Below, in pieces: positions 5,915 to 15,293 of a DNA stretch of 64,000 bases. The DNA comes from a virus (taxonomy: Duplodnaviria; Heunggongvirae; Uroviricota; Caudoviricetes), in the IMG/VR virus record IMGVR_UViG_638275541_000001. One strand, written 5' to 3'. Position 1 is the stretch's first letter, and each line of letters opens with the position of its first letter. The notes under the pieces are model-generated. The model made no database searches. It saw nothing but the letters and a program-made list of their open reading frames with translations, and was not told the DNA's origin. The position numbers and the translations under genes were made by a program.

Positions 5915-6022
5915 ATGAGTAATAACTCCATCGCAAAAAAGTTTAGAGCGTCATACCTAAACAGACGTAAAAACAAAGTTTGTGAAAAACTGTATGGTGT
6001 TCTCGTAGGTAAGCAGGATTAG
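5915..6022 (+). CDS. small basic ORF (35 aa) inside the tRNA cluster
   Basis: ATG preceded by GAGGAGAG; MSNNSIAKKFRASYLNRRKNKVCEKLYGVLVGKQD; stop overlaps start of tRNA-Arg; below the ORF-track length cutoff. Confidence 0.3.
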   Translation: MSNNSIAKKFRASYLNRRKNKVCEKLYGVLVGKQD

Positions 6023-6088
6023 TTCAAATGGATAGAGCAACAGTCTACGAAGCTGTTAATAGGGGTTCGAATCCCTTATCCTGCGCCA
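6013..6088 (+). tRNA. tRNA-Arg (anticodon ACG)
   Basis: acceptor GCAGGAT/ATCCTGC, D-arm GTTCAAATGGATAGAGC, anticodon stem ACAGT/GCTGT with loop CTACGAA, T-arm AGGGGTTCGAATCCCTT, GCCA. Confidence 0.75.
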
Positions 6089-6106
6089 ATTTAAAGAGGC
6101 TATTTA

Positions 6107-6664
6107 ATGAGATATTTGAAGTATGCTTCATGGATTTTCTTAGCTTTACTAGACCCAATTGCAGCAATCCTAGCAGTTATCTTAGCACCTTTCGTAGTTC
6201 CATTCTACAGTGAGAAGAAAGGACATCTACCTTTTGGATTCAGATGGATGGAGACCTATGACAACCCAATTGATGGTGATGAAGGTCACGTTAAAAGATG
6301 GGCTAAGATTAGAAAGATTGGTAAGCTGGGTGTCTACATGCAGAGAGTCGGATGGCTCTGGAGAAACAAAGCTTATAACTTATCTTACCATGTATTAGGA
6401 AGAGATGTAAAAGATGTTACTAAGTGGAAAGGTAATATCAACGTAAGTTCTGACCCTGAAGATAATCAGACAGGTTATCTCCTAATGTGGAACAACAATG
6501 CTTGGGGATTATTCGCTTTTATTCCGTCAATTAAAATCTTTGGTAAACAGTTTTACTGGAGAATTTATGTTGGATGGAAACTAAAAAGTGTTGTCCCAAA
6601 AGAAAGAGCATTCTCAAGGGAAAGAGTTATGTTGGCATTCTTTATTCATCCACTGAGAAAGTAA
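6107..6664 (+). CDS. hypothetical membrane protein
   Basis: 185 aa; N-terminal hydrophobic segment WIFLALLDPIAAILAVILAPFVVPF; RBS AAAGAGG; sits between tRNA genes. Confidence 0.55.
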   Translation: MRYLKYASWIFLALLDPIAAILAVILAPFVVPFYSEKKGHLPFGFRWMETYDNPIDGDEGHVKRWAKIRKIGKLGVYMQRVGWLWRNKAYNLSYHVLGRDVKDVTKWKGNINVSSDPEDNQTGYLLMWNNNAWGLFAFIPSIKIFGKQFYWRIYVGWKLKSVVPKERAFSRERVMLAFFIHPLRK

Positions 6665-6672
6665 AGATTTAA

Positions 6673-6748
6673 AGGGGATTAGTTTACAAGGTTAAAACCT
6701 CGGTCTTTGAAATCGAAGAAGTTGGTTCAATTCCAACATCCCCCGCCA
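6673..6748 (+). tRNA. tRNA-Gln (anticodon TTG)
   Basis: anticodon stem TCGGT/ATCGA with loop CTTTGAA, T-arm GTTGGTTCAATTCCAAC, weak 1:72 pair, GCCA. Confidence 0.65.
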
Positions 6749-6750
6749 AT

Positions 6751-6829
6751 GCTCCATTACTCCAATTGGCAGAGAGGCCAGACTTAAAATCTGTGTTATG
6801 TATCGGTTCGAATCCGATATGGAGTACCA
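6751..6829 (+). tRNA. tRNA with anticodon TAA (Leu by anticodon), short variable arm
   Basis: acceptor GCTCCAT/ATGGAGT, anticodon stem CAGA/TCTG with loop CTTAAAA, T-arm ATCGGTTCGAATCCGAT, discriminator A, CCA. Confidence 0.6.
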
Positions 6830-6834
6830 ATTTT

Positions 6835-6910
6835 AGCGGTATAGCATAACTGGCAATGCAGCAGTCTCTGAAGCTGTCCTATTAAGGTTCAAATCCTTAT
6901 GCCGCTGCCA
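6835..6910 (+). tRNA. tRNA-Gln (anticodon CTG)
   Basis: acceptor AGCGGTA/TGCCGCT, anticodon loop CTCTGAA, T-arm TAAGGTTCAAATCCTTA, GCCA. Confidence 0.65.
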
Positions 6911-6919
6911 CTTCTAAGG

Positions 6920-6937
6920 GTTCTTACGAGAGTCCTT
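6920..6937 (+). repeat. conserved 18-mer GTTCTTACGAGnnTCCTT (copy 2), just upstream of tRNA-His
   Basis: GTTCTTACGAGAGTCCTT; 16 of 18 identical to copy at 2308-2325. Confidence 0.5.
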
Positions 6938-6941
6938 AAAT

Positions 6942-7017
6942 GTGGCCTTATCATAAATGGTAATGACCCATGCTGTGAACATGGTCTATACGGGTTCAAA
7001 TCCCGTAGGTCACCCCA
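6942..7017 (+). tRNA. tRNA-His (anticodon GTG)
   Basis: acceptor GTGGCCT/AGGTCAC, anticodon stem CCATG/CATGG with loop CTGTGAA, T-arm ACGGGTTCAAATCCCGT, discriminator C, CCA. Confidence 0.75.
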
Positions 7018-7022
7018 ATTTA

Positions 7023-7099
7023 TAGTCCAAGTAGCTTATATGGTTAAAGCGCGTGTCTGAAAAACATGAGAAGAGGGTTCAAATCCCACTGGACTACCA
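7023..7099 (+). tRNA. tRNA-Phe (anticodon GAA)
   Basis: acceptor TAGTCCA/TGGACTA, anticodon stem CGTGT/ACATG with loop CTGAAAA, T-loop GGGTTCAAATCCC; exact 3' end ambiguous by 1-2 nt. Confidence 0.65.
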
Positions 7100-7115
7100 A
7101 TTTCAAAGGTGCTTA

Positions 7116-7850
7116 ATGAAAGAGATGACAGAACAAGGTAAGGAGATTTTTAATCTCTTAAAAACCGGTAAAGGGTTTTCTAACCCACTTATTACTGGTG
7201 CAGCAGTTCTCGGTGGAACCGTAGCTGCCTCTACATCACTTGTAAGCTCTATTAGCTCTGTAACAGACCCTACAATGAAGGAGAAGCTTGTTGCTGCTGG
7301 ACTCACAACAGCCCTCCTAAACAGCTTTACAACAAGCCTGACAAGCACTACAGCAACTACTAAGACCCTAACAGACTATGGTCAAAAGTCTATTGATGAG
7401 TTTTCATCACGTATGCAGGTAGCAAAGGGGTACTCCAATGTTATGGGTGCAGCAGGAGAACAAGTTGGTTGTACACCATTCAGTGGTATTATGGGTGTTG
7501 CTACAGAGTACGGTCAGCAAGCTATTGACACTATTAACAGCACACTAGACAGTGTTAACGGTGTGTTAAGTGACTTACAAGACGCTATTGATAAGGGTCT
7601 TGCTACTGTTTCTGATTTAGCTAACCAAGCTGTCAGTAAGATTAATGAAGGTATTTCAAAGATTACAGCTTATGCAGATGAAGTTGTGCAGATGATTGAA
7701 GAAGAAGCTGCCCTTATTGCAGAGTACCTTAAAACGAATATCAATGGGTTCTTAGCAGGTATCTTACCAGACTGGTTTGATGATGCTTATAAAACTGGTG
7801 TAATTGACACTATTGCAACACCAGAAATGAAGAGCGCATTACAGAAATAA
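7116..7850 (+). CDS. hypothetical Ser/Thr/Ala-rich protein
   Basis: start moved to ATG 63 nt inside the track ORF, whose 5' part overlaps tRNA-Phe; RBS AAAGGTG. Confidence 0.5.
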   Translation: MKEMTEQGKEIFNLLKTGKGFSNPLITGAAVLGGTVAASTSLVSSISSVTDPTMKEKLVAAGLTTALLNSFTTSLTSTTATTKTLTDYGQKSIDEFSSRMQVAKGYSNVMGAAGEQVGCTPFSGIMGVATEYGQQAIDTINSTLDSVNGVLSDLQDAIDKGLATVSDLANQAVSKINEGISKITAYADEVVQMIEEEAALIAEYLKTNINGFLAGILPDWFDDAYKTGVIDTIATPEMKSALQK

Positions 7851-7852
7851 AT

Positions 7853-7945
7853 GGAAGATTAACCCTAAAAGGTAAGGGAGCAGTTTGCTAAACTGCCAGT
7901 AGCTGAGAAATCGGTGTACCAGTTCAAGTCTGGTATCTTCCTCCA
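7853..7945 (+). tRNA. tRNA-Ser (anticodon GCT), class II
   Basis: acceptor GGAAGAT/ATCTTCC, anticodon stem GCAGT/ACTGC with loop TTGCTAA, long variable arm, T-arm ACCAGTTCAAGTCTGGT, CCA. Confidence 0.7.
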
Positions 7946-7949
7946 ATCT

Positions 7950-8025
7950 GAATCCGTGACAGAAATGGATATGTGCCTGTCTGCAAAACAGGTTTATAAG
8001 GGTTCAAGTCCCTTCGGATTCTCCA
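7950..8025 (+). tRNA. tRNA-Cys (anticodon GCA)
   Basis: acceptor GAATCCG/CGGATTC, anticodon stem CCTGT/ACAGG with loop CTGCAAA, T-arm AAGGGTTCAAGTCCCTT, CCA. Confidence 0.75.
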
Positions 8026-8061
8026 AGTTATTTTACTCTCTCTCAATTAAAATAATAATAA

Positions 8062-8121
8062 TGCCCTGCTATAAGTATTCTTCCTTTCGCTACCGAAGAG
8101 TATTTTTAGACAGGGCTTTTT
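8062..8121 (+). terminator. long hairpin with T-run at end of tRNA cluster
   Basis: GCCCTG ... CAGGGC enclosing an internally paired loop, followed by TTTTTT. Confidence 0.45.
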
Positions 8122-8186
8122 TACAGAGTTATACTTTATAGGAAGACTTATACAGTATGTCTCTGACGTACATTGTGGTTTCTCCT

Positions 8187-8210
8187 TGACGGTCTCCGTG
8201 CCGTCTTTTT
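8187..8210 (+). terminator. rho-independent terminator
   Basis: GACGG-TCTCCGTG-CCGTC followed by TTTTTT. Confidence 0.55.
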
Positions 8211-8247
8211 TAAGGGGAAACGAGATTTATTATTTGGAGAAAACATA

Positions 8248-8448
8248 ATGAGCGAGAACGTTTATAAAGAACTTTATGAAGCTAACAAGAAGTTAGAGTT
8301 TATGCAGAATACTATCATGGCAATTGCAGATAGACTGTCTGTAGCAACAGGTATTGATATTAAAGAAGCATCTATGGATGCACTTCTTGATGCTGTTGAT
8401 GCAAAGTTCGAAGTTAAGAAAGAAGAGACTGCTACAGACTCTGAATAA
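8248..8448 (+). CDS. small acidic hypothetical protein upstream of terminase
   Basis: 67 aa; RBS GGAGAAAA; start moved 75 nt inside track ORF. Confidence 0.45.
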   Translation: MSENVYKELYEANKKLEFMQNTIMAIADRLSVATGIDIKEASMDALLDAVDAKFEVKKEETATDSE

Positions 8449-8469
8449 TTCTATTTGCGGAGGCGCTTA

Positions 8470-10071
8470 ATGGACTTAAATGCTGTTAAGCAGAAGCGAG
8501 TGGAAGATGTTAGGAAAGTCCTAGCTGGAGAGTTGGGGCTTTCTGATGAAGTAAAAGAAATTATTAAATCATTCGGTAAAGACCCCTCTAAATTCCTTCC
8601 AACTCAAATTCTGACTTTATTAAGATACACACCAGACCAAGTTCGCCTTATCTTTAAATTGATGACTGATAAGAACTATGTAGCCCCTCAGCCGGGTTCT
8701 CAAGAGGTCTTTTTAAACACTAATGCTGACTTGGTACTCTATGGTGGTGCTGCTGGTGCTGGTAAGACTGCTGCATTGTTAATGGACTCCTTAAGATTTA
8801 TTGAAGACCCTAACTATAATGCTGTGTATTTCCGTCGAAATACAACACAGCTACAAGGTGGTTTATGGCCTGCTGCAAAGAAACTATTTGGTAAGTTTGG
8901 TGGGATTCCTCACGAGCAGAAAATGACTATCACATTCCCTTCTGGGGCAACTATCAAGTTTACCTATCTAGAACTTGAAAAGCACGCTGAAGGTCATCAG
9001 GGTATTGAATACTCAGCTATTTACTTTGACGAAGGTACACACTTCTCTGCTTCACAGATTTCATACCTACAAACCCGTCTACGTTCTGGTGCTGAAGGGG
9101 ATTCATACATGAAGATTTCCATGAACCCAGACAGAGACCATTTTATTTATGATTGGGTAGAGCCATTCTTAGATGAAGAAGGTTATCCAGACCCTGAAAA
9201 GTGTGGTCGTATTCGTTGGTATGTAATGAATGATGGTGTGATGGTTTCTGATTGGGAGAGAGACAAGATTCTTGAAATGTTCCCTCTTGAGATTCCTCAA
9301 ACATACACCTTCATCTCTGGTACGATTGATGATAACCCAATTCTTGACTTCTTAGAACCTAAGTACCGTGGTAAGTTGGAAAACAACACCCCTGTAAACG
9401 TTGCAAGACTTCGTTTCGGTAACTGGAAGGCTCGTGCAGAAGGTTCAAACTATTGGCAAAGACAATGGTGTGAAATTGTTGATTCACTCCCAGAGGATGT
9501 ATTTGATGTTAGAGCATGGGACTTAGCAGCAACTTTACCATCTGAAATTAACCCTAATCCAGACTGGACAGCAGGTGTTAAGATGGGTAAATCTAAAAAA
9601 GACGGTTGCTATTATATCATTGATGTAGTAAGATTTAGAGATAGACCCTCTGGAGTCGAAACACAAATTAATTTGACTGCTGAAAGTGACGGTAAGCGAA
9701 CTGGTATTTTTATCCCTCAAGACCCAGGCGCTGCTGGTAAATCCTACGCAACATCCCTCATCAGGAAACTTGCCGAGAAAGGCTATCGTGCAAGAGCTAA
9801 ACCAACAAATAAAGATAAAGTTACCCGATTCGCGGGGTTTTCTGCTGCTTCTGAAGCTGGACTTGTAAAAGTTTTGAGAGGTAGTTGGAACGAAGCTTAT
9901 TTCCAAGAGCTTGAAGGCTTTTGTGGTGATGGCAAAACTAAAGATGACCAAGTGGATGCTACCAGTGATGCTTTCAACAGTCTTAACGAAGTTAAATTAT
10001 TCAAGCCACCATCAATGGGTGCTCACACAGACTTAGTGAGAGGAAACCCATATGAGGGGCTTAGACGTTGA
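8470..10071 (+). CDS. terL: terminase large subunit
   Basis: Walker A LYGGAAGAGKT; RBS GGAGG 6 nt before ATG; size and position ahead of portal. Confidence 0.8.
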   Translation: MDLNAVKQKRVEDVRKVLAGELGLSDEVKEIIKSFGKDPSKFLPTQILTLLRYTPDQVRLIFKLMTDKNYVAPQPGSQEVFLNTNADLVLYGGAAGAGKTAALLMDSLRFIEDPNYNAVYFRRNTTQLQGGLWPAAKKLFGKFGGIPHEQKMTITFPSGATIKFTYLELEKHAEGHQGIEYSAIYFDEGTHFSASQISYLQTRLRSGAEGDSYMKISMNPDRDHFIYDWVEPFLDEEGYPDPEKCGRIRWYVMNDGVMVSDWERDKILEMFPLEIPQTYTFISGTIDDNPILDFLEPKYRGKLENNTPVNVARLRFGNWKARAEGSNYWQRQWCEIVDSLPEDVFDVRAWDLAATLPSEINPNPDWTAGVKMGKSKKDGCYYIIDVVRFRDRPSGVETQINLTAESDGKRTGIFIPQDPGAAGKSYATSLIRKLAEKGYRARAKPTNKDKVTRFAGFSAASEAGLVKVLRGSWNEAYFQELEGFCGDGKTKDDQVDATSDAFNSLNEVKLFKPPSMGAHTDLVRGNPYEGLRR

Positions 10072-10087
10072 TAGCTAGGTGAGAAGA

Positions 10088-11554
10088 ATGGCAGATATTA
10101 CAGAAACACAAGAAAGCTTACCACCATTTAGAATGGGTGAAGTAGGTTCTTTGGGTCTGAAGGTTAAGAATGGAAGAATCTATGAAGAACCTCGTCAGGC
10201 ACTAAGGTTCCCTGAAAGTATTAAAACTTTCCAATTAATGATGCGTGACCCTGCTGTAGCAGCATCTGTAAATATTATTAAGATGTTTGTCAGAAAAGTC
10301 AACTGGAGATTCGTACCTCCAAAGGGAAAAGAGCAAGACCCTAAAATGCTTGAAAGAGCAGACTTCTTTAATTCTTTAATGGATGACATGGAGCATGATT
10401 GGGCAGATTTTATTAACTCTGTAATGTCATTCTGCACTTATGGGTTCTGTGTTAACGAGAAAGTTTATAAGAAGCGACAGGGTAAAAAAGGAAAGTACCA
10501 GTCAAAATTTGATGATGGTTTAATCGGATGGGCTAAATTGCCAATCAGAAACCAGTCAACGCTTGATAAGTGGTACTTTGACGAAGACTTTAGAAGAGTT
10601 ACTGGTGTTAGACAGAATCTGAGAAATGTTTCACATATTGCTGGAGCAATTAATCTCGGAGAAAGACCACTGACAAGAAAACTTCCACGAGCTAAATTCA
10701 TGCTGTTTAAGTATGACGATGAATATGGAAACCCAGAAGGTCGTTCACCATTACTTAATGCTTATGTACCGTGGAAGTATAAAGTACAGATTGAAGAGTA
10801 TGAAGCTGTTGGTGTTTCAAGAGACTTGGTAGGTATGCCAAAGATTGGTTTACCACCAGACTATCTGGATGAAAATGCAGAACCTGAAAAGAAAGCTTTC
10901 GTACAATACTGCAAAACTGTTGTTAATGATATGATTGCTAATGACAGAGCAGGTTTAATCTGGCCTAGATATATTGACCCAGACACTAAAGAGGATATTT
11001 TTGAGTTCTCATTAGTCTCTAGACAGGGTGCTAAAGCATACGATACAGGTTCTATTATTGACAGATATTCCAAGCAGATTATGATGGCATTTATGTCAGA
11101 TGTTCTTGCTATGGGTCAGTCAAAATACGGTTCATTCTCTCTTGCAGATTCTAAGACAAGCTTACTAGCGATGTCGGTAGATATTCTGCTGAAGCAAATT
11201 AAGAACGTAATTAACCGTGATTTAGTTGCACAGACTTATGCTCTTAATATGTGGGATGATGAAGAACATGTACAAATCACATATGATGATATCGAAACTC
11301 CAGACCTTGAAGCAATTGGTTCTTATATTCAGAAGACTGTTGCAGTAGGTGCTTTGGAAGTTGACAAAGAGCTATCTAACAAGCTTAGAGAGCATATTGG
11401 TCTTCCTCCTGCTGATGAGTCTCAGCCAGTATCTGAAAAGCTTTCTCCAAATAGCCAAAGCCGCTCAGGAGATGGTTATAAGACCGCTGGAGAAGGTACT
11501 GCAAAGACACCTTCAGCGAAAGACCCAAGCACAGCAAATAAGGCAAATAAATAA
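10088..11554 (+). CDS. portal protein (putative)
   Basis: ~489 aa directly after terminase; call by gene order and size. Confidence 0.55.
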   Translation: MADITETQESLPPFRMGEVGSLGLKVKNGRIYEEPRQALRFPESIKTFQLMMRDPAVAASVNIIKMFVRKVNWRFVPPKGKEQDPKMLERADFFNSLMDDMEHDWADFINSVMSFCTYGFCVNEKVYKKRQGKKGKYQSKFDDGLIGWAKLPIRNQSTLDKWYFDEDFRRVTGVRQNLRNVSHIAGAINLGERPLTRKLPRAKFMLFKYDDEYGNPEGRSPLLNAYVPWKYKVQIEEYEAVGVSRDLVGMPKIGLPPDYLDENAEPEKKAFVQYCKTVVNDMIANDRAGLIWPRYIDPDTKEDIFEFSLVSRQGAKAYDTGSIIDRYSKQIMMAFMSDVLAMGQSKYGSFSLADSKTSLLAMSVDILLKQIKNVINRDLVAQTYALNMWDDEEHVQITYDDIETPDLEAIGSYIQKTVAVGALEVDKELSNKLREHIGLPPADESQPVSEKLSPNSQSRSGDGYKTAGEGTAKTPSAKDPSTANKANK

Positions 11555-12054
11555 TGGCTGAAGTTATCTCTATTTCAAATGCTACACGAGTGCATTCGTA
11601 TAGAGGTGTTCTTATCGTTACTGACAAATTATCTGTAGAGGCTGGCTCAAGGGTCAGCCTTTCAGGTTATGTAAGTGATGGTGGAACCTCTGACGTTTTC
11701 ACTATTTGTAGGTTACTTGATGCACCAATGAGTGGAAAACCGTTTATTTTAGGAAATTGTAGTGAAATTGTTAAAATTCCATTTGACAGTTCATGCCTTT
11801 TGGGTGTAAAGTTATATAACTGCGAGAATAAACGTATCAATGTTAATAGCATTGAAGCCGCTTTCATTACCCTCGACACTGCATTTCAATCTCCAATGAC
11901 AGTTAATAAAGAAACAAACAGACTTGAATACATTTTTTCACAAAATGATTACAAAGTACTTGTCAAAGGCAAAGTATATGATATGATTGTAAATGTGGTA
12001 GATGAATCTGGTAACCATTCAACAGTCCTTAAACAAAAAGTAAGGTTTAATTAA
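11554..12054 (+). CDS. hypothetical head-module protein
   Basis: 166-aa ORF, translationally coupled to portal gene. Confidence 0.45.
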   Translation: MAEVISISNATRVHSYRGVLIVTDKLSVEAGSRVSLSGYVSDGGTSDVFTICRLLDAPMSGKPFILGNCSEIVKIPFDSSCLLGVKLYNCENKRINVNSIEAAFITLDTAFQSPMTVNKETNRLEYIFSQNDYKVLVKGKVYDMIVNVVDESGNHSTVLKQKVRFN

Positions 12055-12386
12055 TGGGAACATTAACTATTGATGGTAAGAACAAAATCCTCGCCACGCT
12101 AACCCCAACGACTATTATTTTACACAATGTAGACCCAACGGCAGACCCTACAGCAAATAAGGTTACTCAGCCAGTGGCTATTTATTTTTCTGAACCGGAT
12201 AATGGCTTAATTGCCTCAGAAGACACAGTTAACATTACTGTCCCAGCTTCTGCAACGGTCTCACACTATAGCTTGTGGGATGCTAACGATAAATGCGTGG
12301 CAACTGGTGCTCTTAGCAAACCTCAATTCTTTGCTGAAGAAGGTATTTATGTTATCTCTTCAGTCTCTGTAGATTTAAACAAATAG
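12054..12386 (+). CDS. hypothetical head-module protein
   Basis: 110-aa ORF coupled to upstream gene. Confidence 0.45.
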   Translation: MGTLTIDGKNKILATLTPTTIILHNVDPTADPTANKVTQPVAIYFSEPDNGLIASEDTVNITVPASATVSHYSLWDANDKCVATGALSKPQFFAEEGIYVISSVSVDLNK

Positions 12387-12397
12387 GGTGAGTAAAA

Positions 12398-13744
12398 ATG
12401 AGTTCGAATATCTTCAGACTTGCTGATAGATTATTCAACCAACCTTTACTAGCCACTGAATCATTAGCTCACTCAGCAGCAACTTATGTGAATAACAGAT
12501 TGCTGGGTGATGTCCAAGCAGCAGTAAACTTTGATAAACCCAAAGGTGAAGCAAGAAGTCTTTTAAAAGTAAAAGATGACATTGCCATTATCCCTATTAT
12601 GGGTGGTTTAACCCATCGTATGACATTCATTGATGCAATGTGTACAGGTGGATTAAGCTCTTATGAGGGTTTACGTAGAGGCTTTGACGAAGCTTTAGCA
12701 GATGAGTCAATTAAGACTATTGTTCTGCACATCGATTCTGGTGGTGGTGAAGCTTCAGGTTGCTTTGAATTAGCACGTCACATTATGGCTTCAAGAGGCC
12801 AAAAGAAAATTATTGCTTATGTAGATGAGTTCGCTTGTTCCGCTGCATACGCTCTTGCATCTTCTGCTGAAGAAATTATTGCATCACCAGATGCAGATGT
12901 TGGTTCTATTGGTGTCATTATGGTTCATCAGGAATTAACTAAAGCATTTGAAAAGAATGGCGTGACAATTAACGTCATCAAAGCTGGTGAGTTTAAAGGT
13001 ATGGGTTCACCATTCCAAGCACTTTCAGAAGAAAGCAAAGAAAGACTTCAAAAGAGAATTAATGATACCTACGCAACCTTTACAGGTTTTGTAGCTGAAT
13101 CTCGTAATCTCTCTGAAGAAGCTGTAAAGAATACTGAGGCGAATGTTTATTCTGCTCAGGAAGCTCTTGAACTTGGTTTAATTAACTCAATCATGTCTCA
13201 AGATGATTTCTTAAATTACTTACAAGGTTCTGAAGAGGCTCCTGTAAGTTTAAACGTTAACAATTCAGGTGAAGAAATGACTGAACAAGAAAAGCAAGAA
13301 CTAGAAGCTTTGCGTCTTCAGGTTGCTCAAATGAAAGCTAAAGAACAGGAAGCTGCTTTGTCAGATTTGACTAATAAGATTTCTGCTTCTGCTGAAGCTT
13401 TTGGATTTGATGCAAAAGAAGCTGCAACGACTATTTTAGGTGCTGGTCTTGATAACCCTCTGAGTGTTCTGTTTATGAATGCTATGGAAGGTGCTAACCA
13501 GAAACTTAATGAAACTATCGCGTCCCATGCTTCTGCAATGGAAGAAAAAGAATCAGAAATTACCAAGCTGAAAGAAACTGCTGGTGCTGTTCTTGAACAT
13601 TCCAATGCTATGGAAGAAGTGGGTAATGACGGCGAAGCTGATTTGGTTGAAGAAGAAAAAGAACCAGCTAAGAATGCTTCCGAAGACACCGCTGAACAAC
13701 GCAAACTGGCTCTCCAGAATGCTCTAAAATCTCTTATCAAATAA
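12398..13744 (+). CDS. prohead protease (ClpP/S49-like) fused to scaffold-like C-terminal domain
   Basis: N-terminal peptidase-like region (LHIDSGGGEASGCFELARHI); C-terminal acidic coiled-coil region; sits between portal and capsid. Confidence 0.6.
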   Translation: MSSNIFRLADRLFNQPLLATESLAHSAATYVNNRLLGDVQAAVNFDKPKGEARSLLKVKDDIAIIPIMGGLTHRMTFIDAMCTGGLSSYEGLRRGFDEALADESIKTIVLHIDSGGGEASGCFELARHIMASRGQKKIIAYVDEFACSAAYALASSAEEIIASPDADVGSIGVIMVHQELTKAFEKNGVTINVIKAGEFKGMGSPFQALSEESKERLQKRINDTYATFTGFVAESRNLSEEAVKNTEANVYSAQEALELGLINSIMSQDDFLNYLQGSEEAPVSLNVNNSGEEMTEQEKQELEALRLQVAQMKAKEQEAALSDLTNKISASAEAFGFDAKEAATTILGAGLDNPLSVLFMNAMEGANQKLNETIASHASAMEEKESEITKLKETAGAVLEHSNAMEEVGNDGEADLVEEEKEPAKNASEDTAEQRKLALQNALKSLIK

Positions 13745-13755
13745 GGAACACAATA

Positions 13756-14133
13756 ATGGCATATCAAGGTTTTACTAAGTTAGGTAACAGAGAACCTCTG
13801 AATGATATCATTCTTTGGGAACAGGTTACACCAACAGGCCACTCTCGTAAAGAGTACACTCCAGTTGCTTCAACAGAATACCGTGTAGGTGAAGTTCTGA
13901 AAGCAGATGGTACTAAGGTACAAGCCGGAGAAGAAGCCCAAGCAGACTCTGTATGTATCGTTAATTTCTACGCAGACCTGCAACTGTCTTATCATGGTCA
14001 GTTGAAAGTAGTAGGTATCCACCGTGATGCAGAACTGAAAGACCTGCTAACTCTTGAATCAAGCGTTGATGCTACTGAAGTCAAGAAAGCTCTGGCTGCT
14101 AAAGGTATTGATTTCGTACCAACTGGCCTGTAA
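13756..14133 (+). CDS. head decoration protein (putative)
   Basis: 125-aa ORF immediately upstream of major capsid gene; call by position only. Confidence 0.35.
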   Translation: MAYQGFTKLGNREPLNDIILWEQVTPTGHSRKEYTPVASTEYRVGEVLKADGTKVQAGEEAQADSVCIVNFYADLQLSYHGQLKVVGIHRDAELKDLLTLESSVDATEVKKALAAKGIDFVPTGL

Positions 14134-14166
14134 TAACAATAATAAGACATTCTGGAGAATTTTACA

Positions 14167-15273
14167 ATGTTGACTAATTCTGAAAAAAGCAGATTTTTCC
14201 TTGCTGACCTGACTGGTGAAGTCCAGTCTATCCCAAATACTTATGGGTATATTTCCAACTTAGGTCTGTTCCGTTCAGCACCAATCACCCAAACTACTTT
14301 CCTTATGGACTTGACTGATTGGGATGTTAGTTTGCTTGATGCGGTAGACCGTGATAGCCGTAAAGCAGAGACTAGCGCACCTGAGCGTGTTCGTCAAATC
14401 AGCTTCCCAATGATGTACTTCAAAGAAGTTGAAAGCATTACTCCTGATGAGATTCAGGGTGTACGTCAGCCAGGAACTGCAAACGAACTGACTACTGAAG
14501 CGGTAGTACGTGCTAAGAAGCTGATGAAGATTCGTACCAAGTTTGATATTACTCGTGAGTTCCTGTTCATGCAAGCTCTGAAGGGTAAAGTTGTTGACGC
14601 TCGTGGTACTCTGTACGCTGACCTGTACAAGCAGTTCGACGTTGAGAAGAAGACTATTTACTTCGACCTTGACAACCCTAATGCTGACATCGACGCTTCT
14701 ATTGAAGAACTGCGTATGCACATGGAAGACGAAGCTAAGACTGGCACTGTAATCAACGGTGAAGAAATTCACGTAGTTGTTGACCGTGTATTCTTCAGCA
14801 AACTGACTAAGCATCCTAAGATTCGTGACGCTTATCTTGCACAGCAGACTCCACTGGCTTGGCAACAGATTACTGGTTCTCTGAGAACTGGTGGTGCTGA
14901 CGGCGTTCAGGCTCATATGAATACTTTCTACTACGGTGGTGTTAAGTTTGTCCAGTACAACGGTAAGTTCAAAGACAAGCGTGGTAAGGTTCACACTCTG
15001 GTGAGCATTGACAGTGTAGCAGACACTGTTGGTGTTGGTCATGCTTTCCCTAACGTAGCTATGCTGGGTGAAGCTAACAATATCTTCGAAGTGGCATATG
15101 GCCCATGTCCTAAGATGGGTTACGCAAATACACTTGGTCAGGAACTGTACGTATTTGAATACGAAAAAGACCGTGACGAAGGTATTGACTTCGAAGCTCA
15201 CTCTTACATGCTGCCATACTGCACTCGTCCTCAGTTGCTGGTAGATGTTCGCGCTGACGCTAAAGGTGGCTAA
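14167..15273 (+). CDS. major capsid protein (putative)
   Basis: 368 aa; position after protease/scaffold; RBS GGAG. Confidence 0.6.
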   Translation: MLTNSEKSRFFLADLTGEVQSIPNTYGYISNLGLFRSAPITQTTFLMDLTDWDVSLLDAVDRDSRKAETSAPERVRQISFPMMYFKEVESITPDEIQGVRQPGTANELTTEAVVRAKKLMKIRTKFDITREFLFMQALKGKVVDARGTLYADLYKQFDVEKKTIYFDLDNPNADIDASIEELRMHMEDEAKTGTVINGEEIHVVVDRVFFSKLTKHPKIRDAYLAQQTPLAWQQITGSLRTGGADGVQAHMNTFYYGGVKFVQYNGKFKDKRGKVHTLVSIDSVADTVGVGHAFPNVAMLGEANNIFEVAYGPCPKMGYANTLGQELYVFEYEKDRDEGIDFEAHSYMLPYCTRPQLLVDVRADAKGG

Positions 15274-15293
15274 TAAACTTAGGAGGGTTATGA

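Noticed and set aside
1390-8210. Possible CRISPR array suggested by repeated motifs in the tRNA region
   Set aside because: The repeats are stem-loop arms and short motifs at irregular spacing, not 25-40-bp direct repeats with uniform spacers, and no cas genes are present.
14275-15201. 308-aa ORF on the minus strand
   Set aside because: Lies entirely antisense to the major capsid gene inside the co-directional structural block, with low-complexity composition and no RBS; almost certainly a chance antisense frame.
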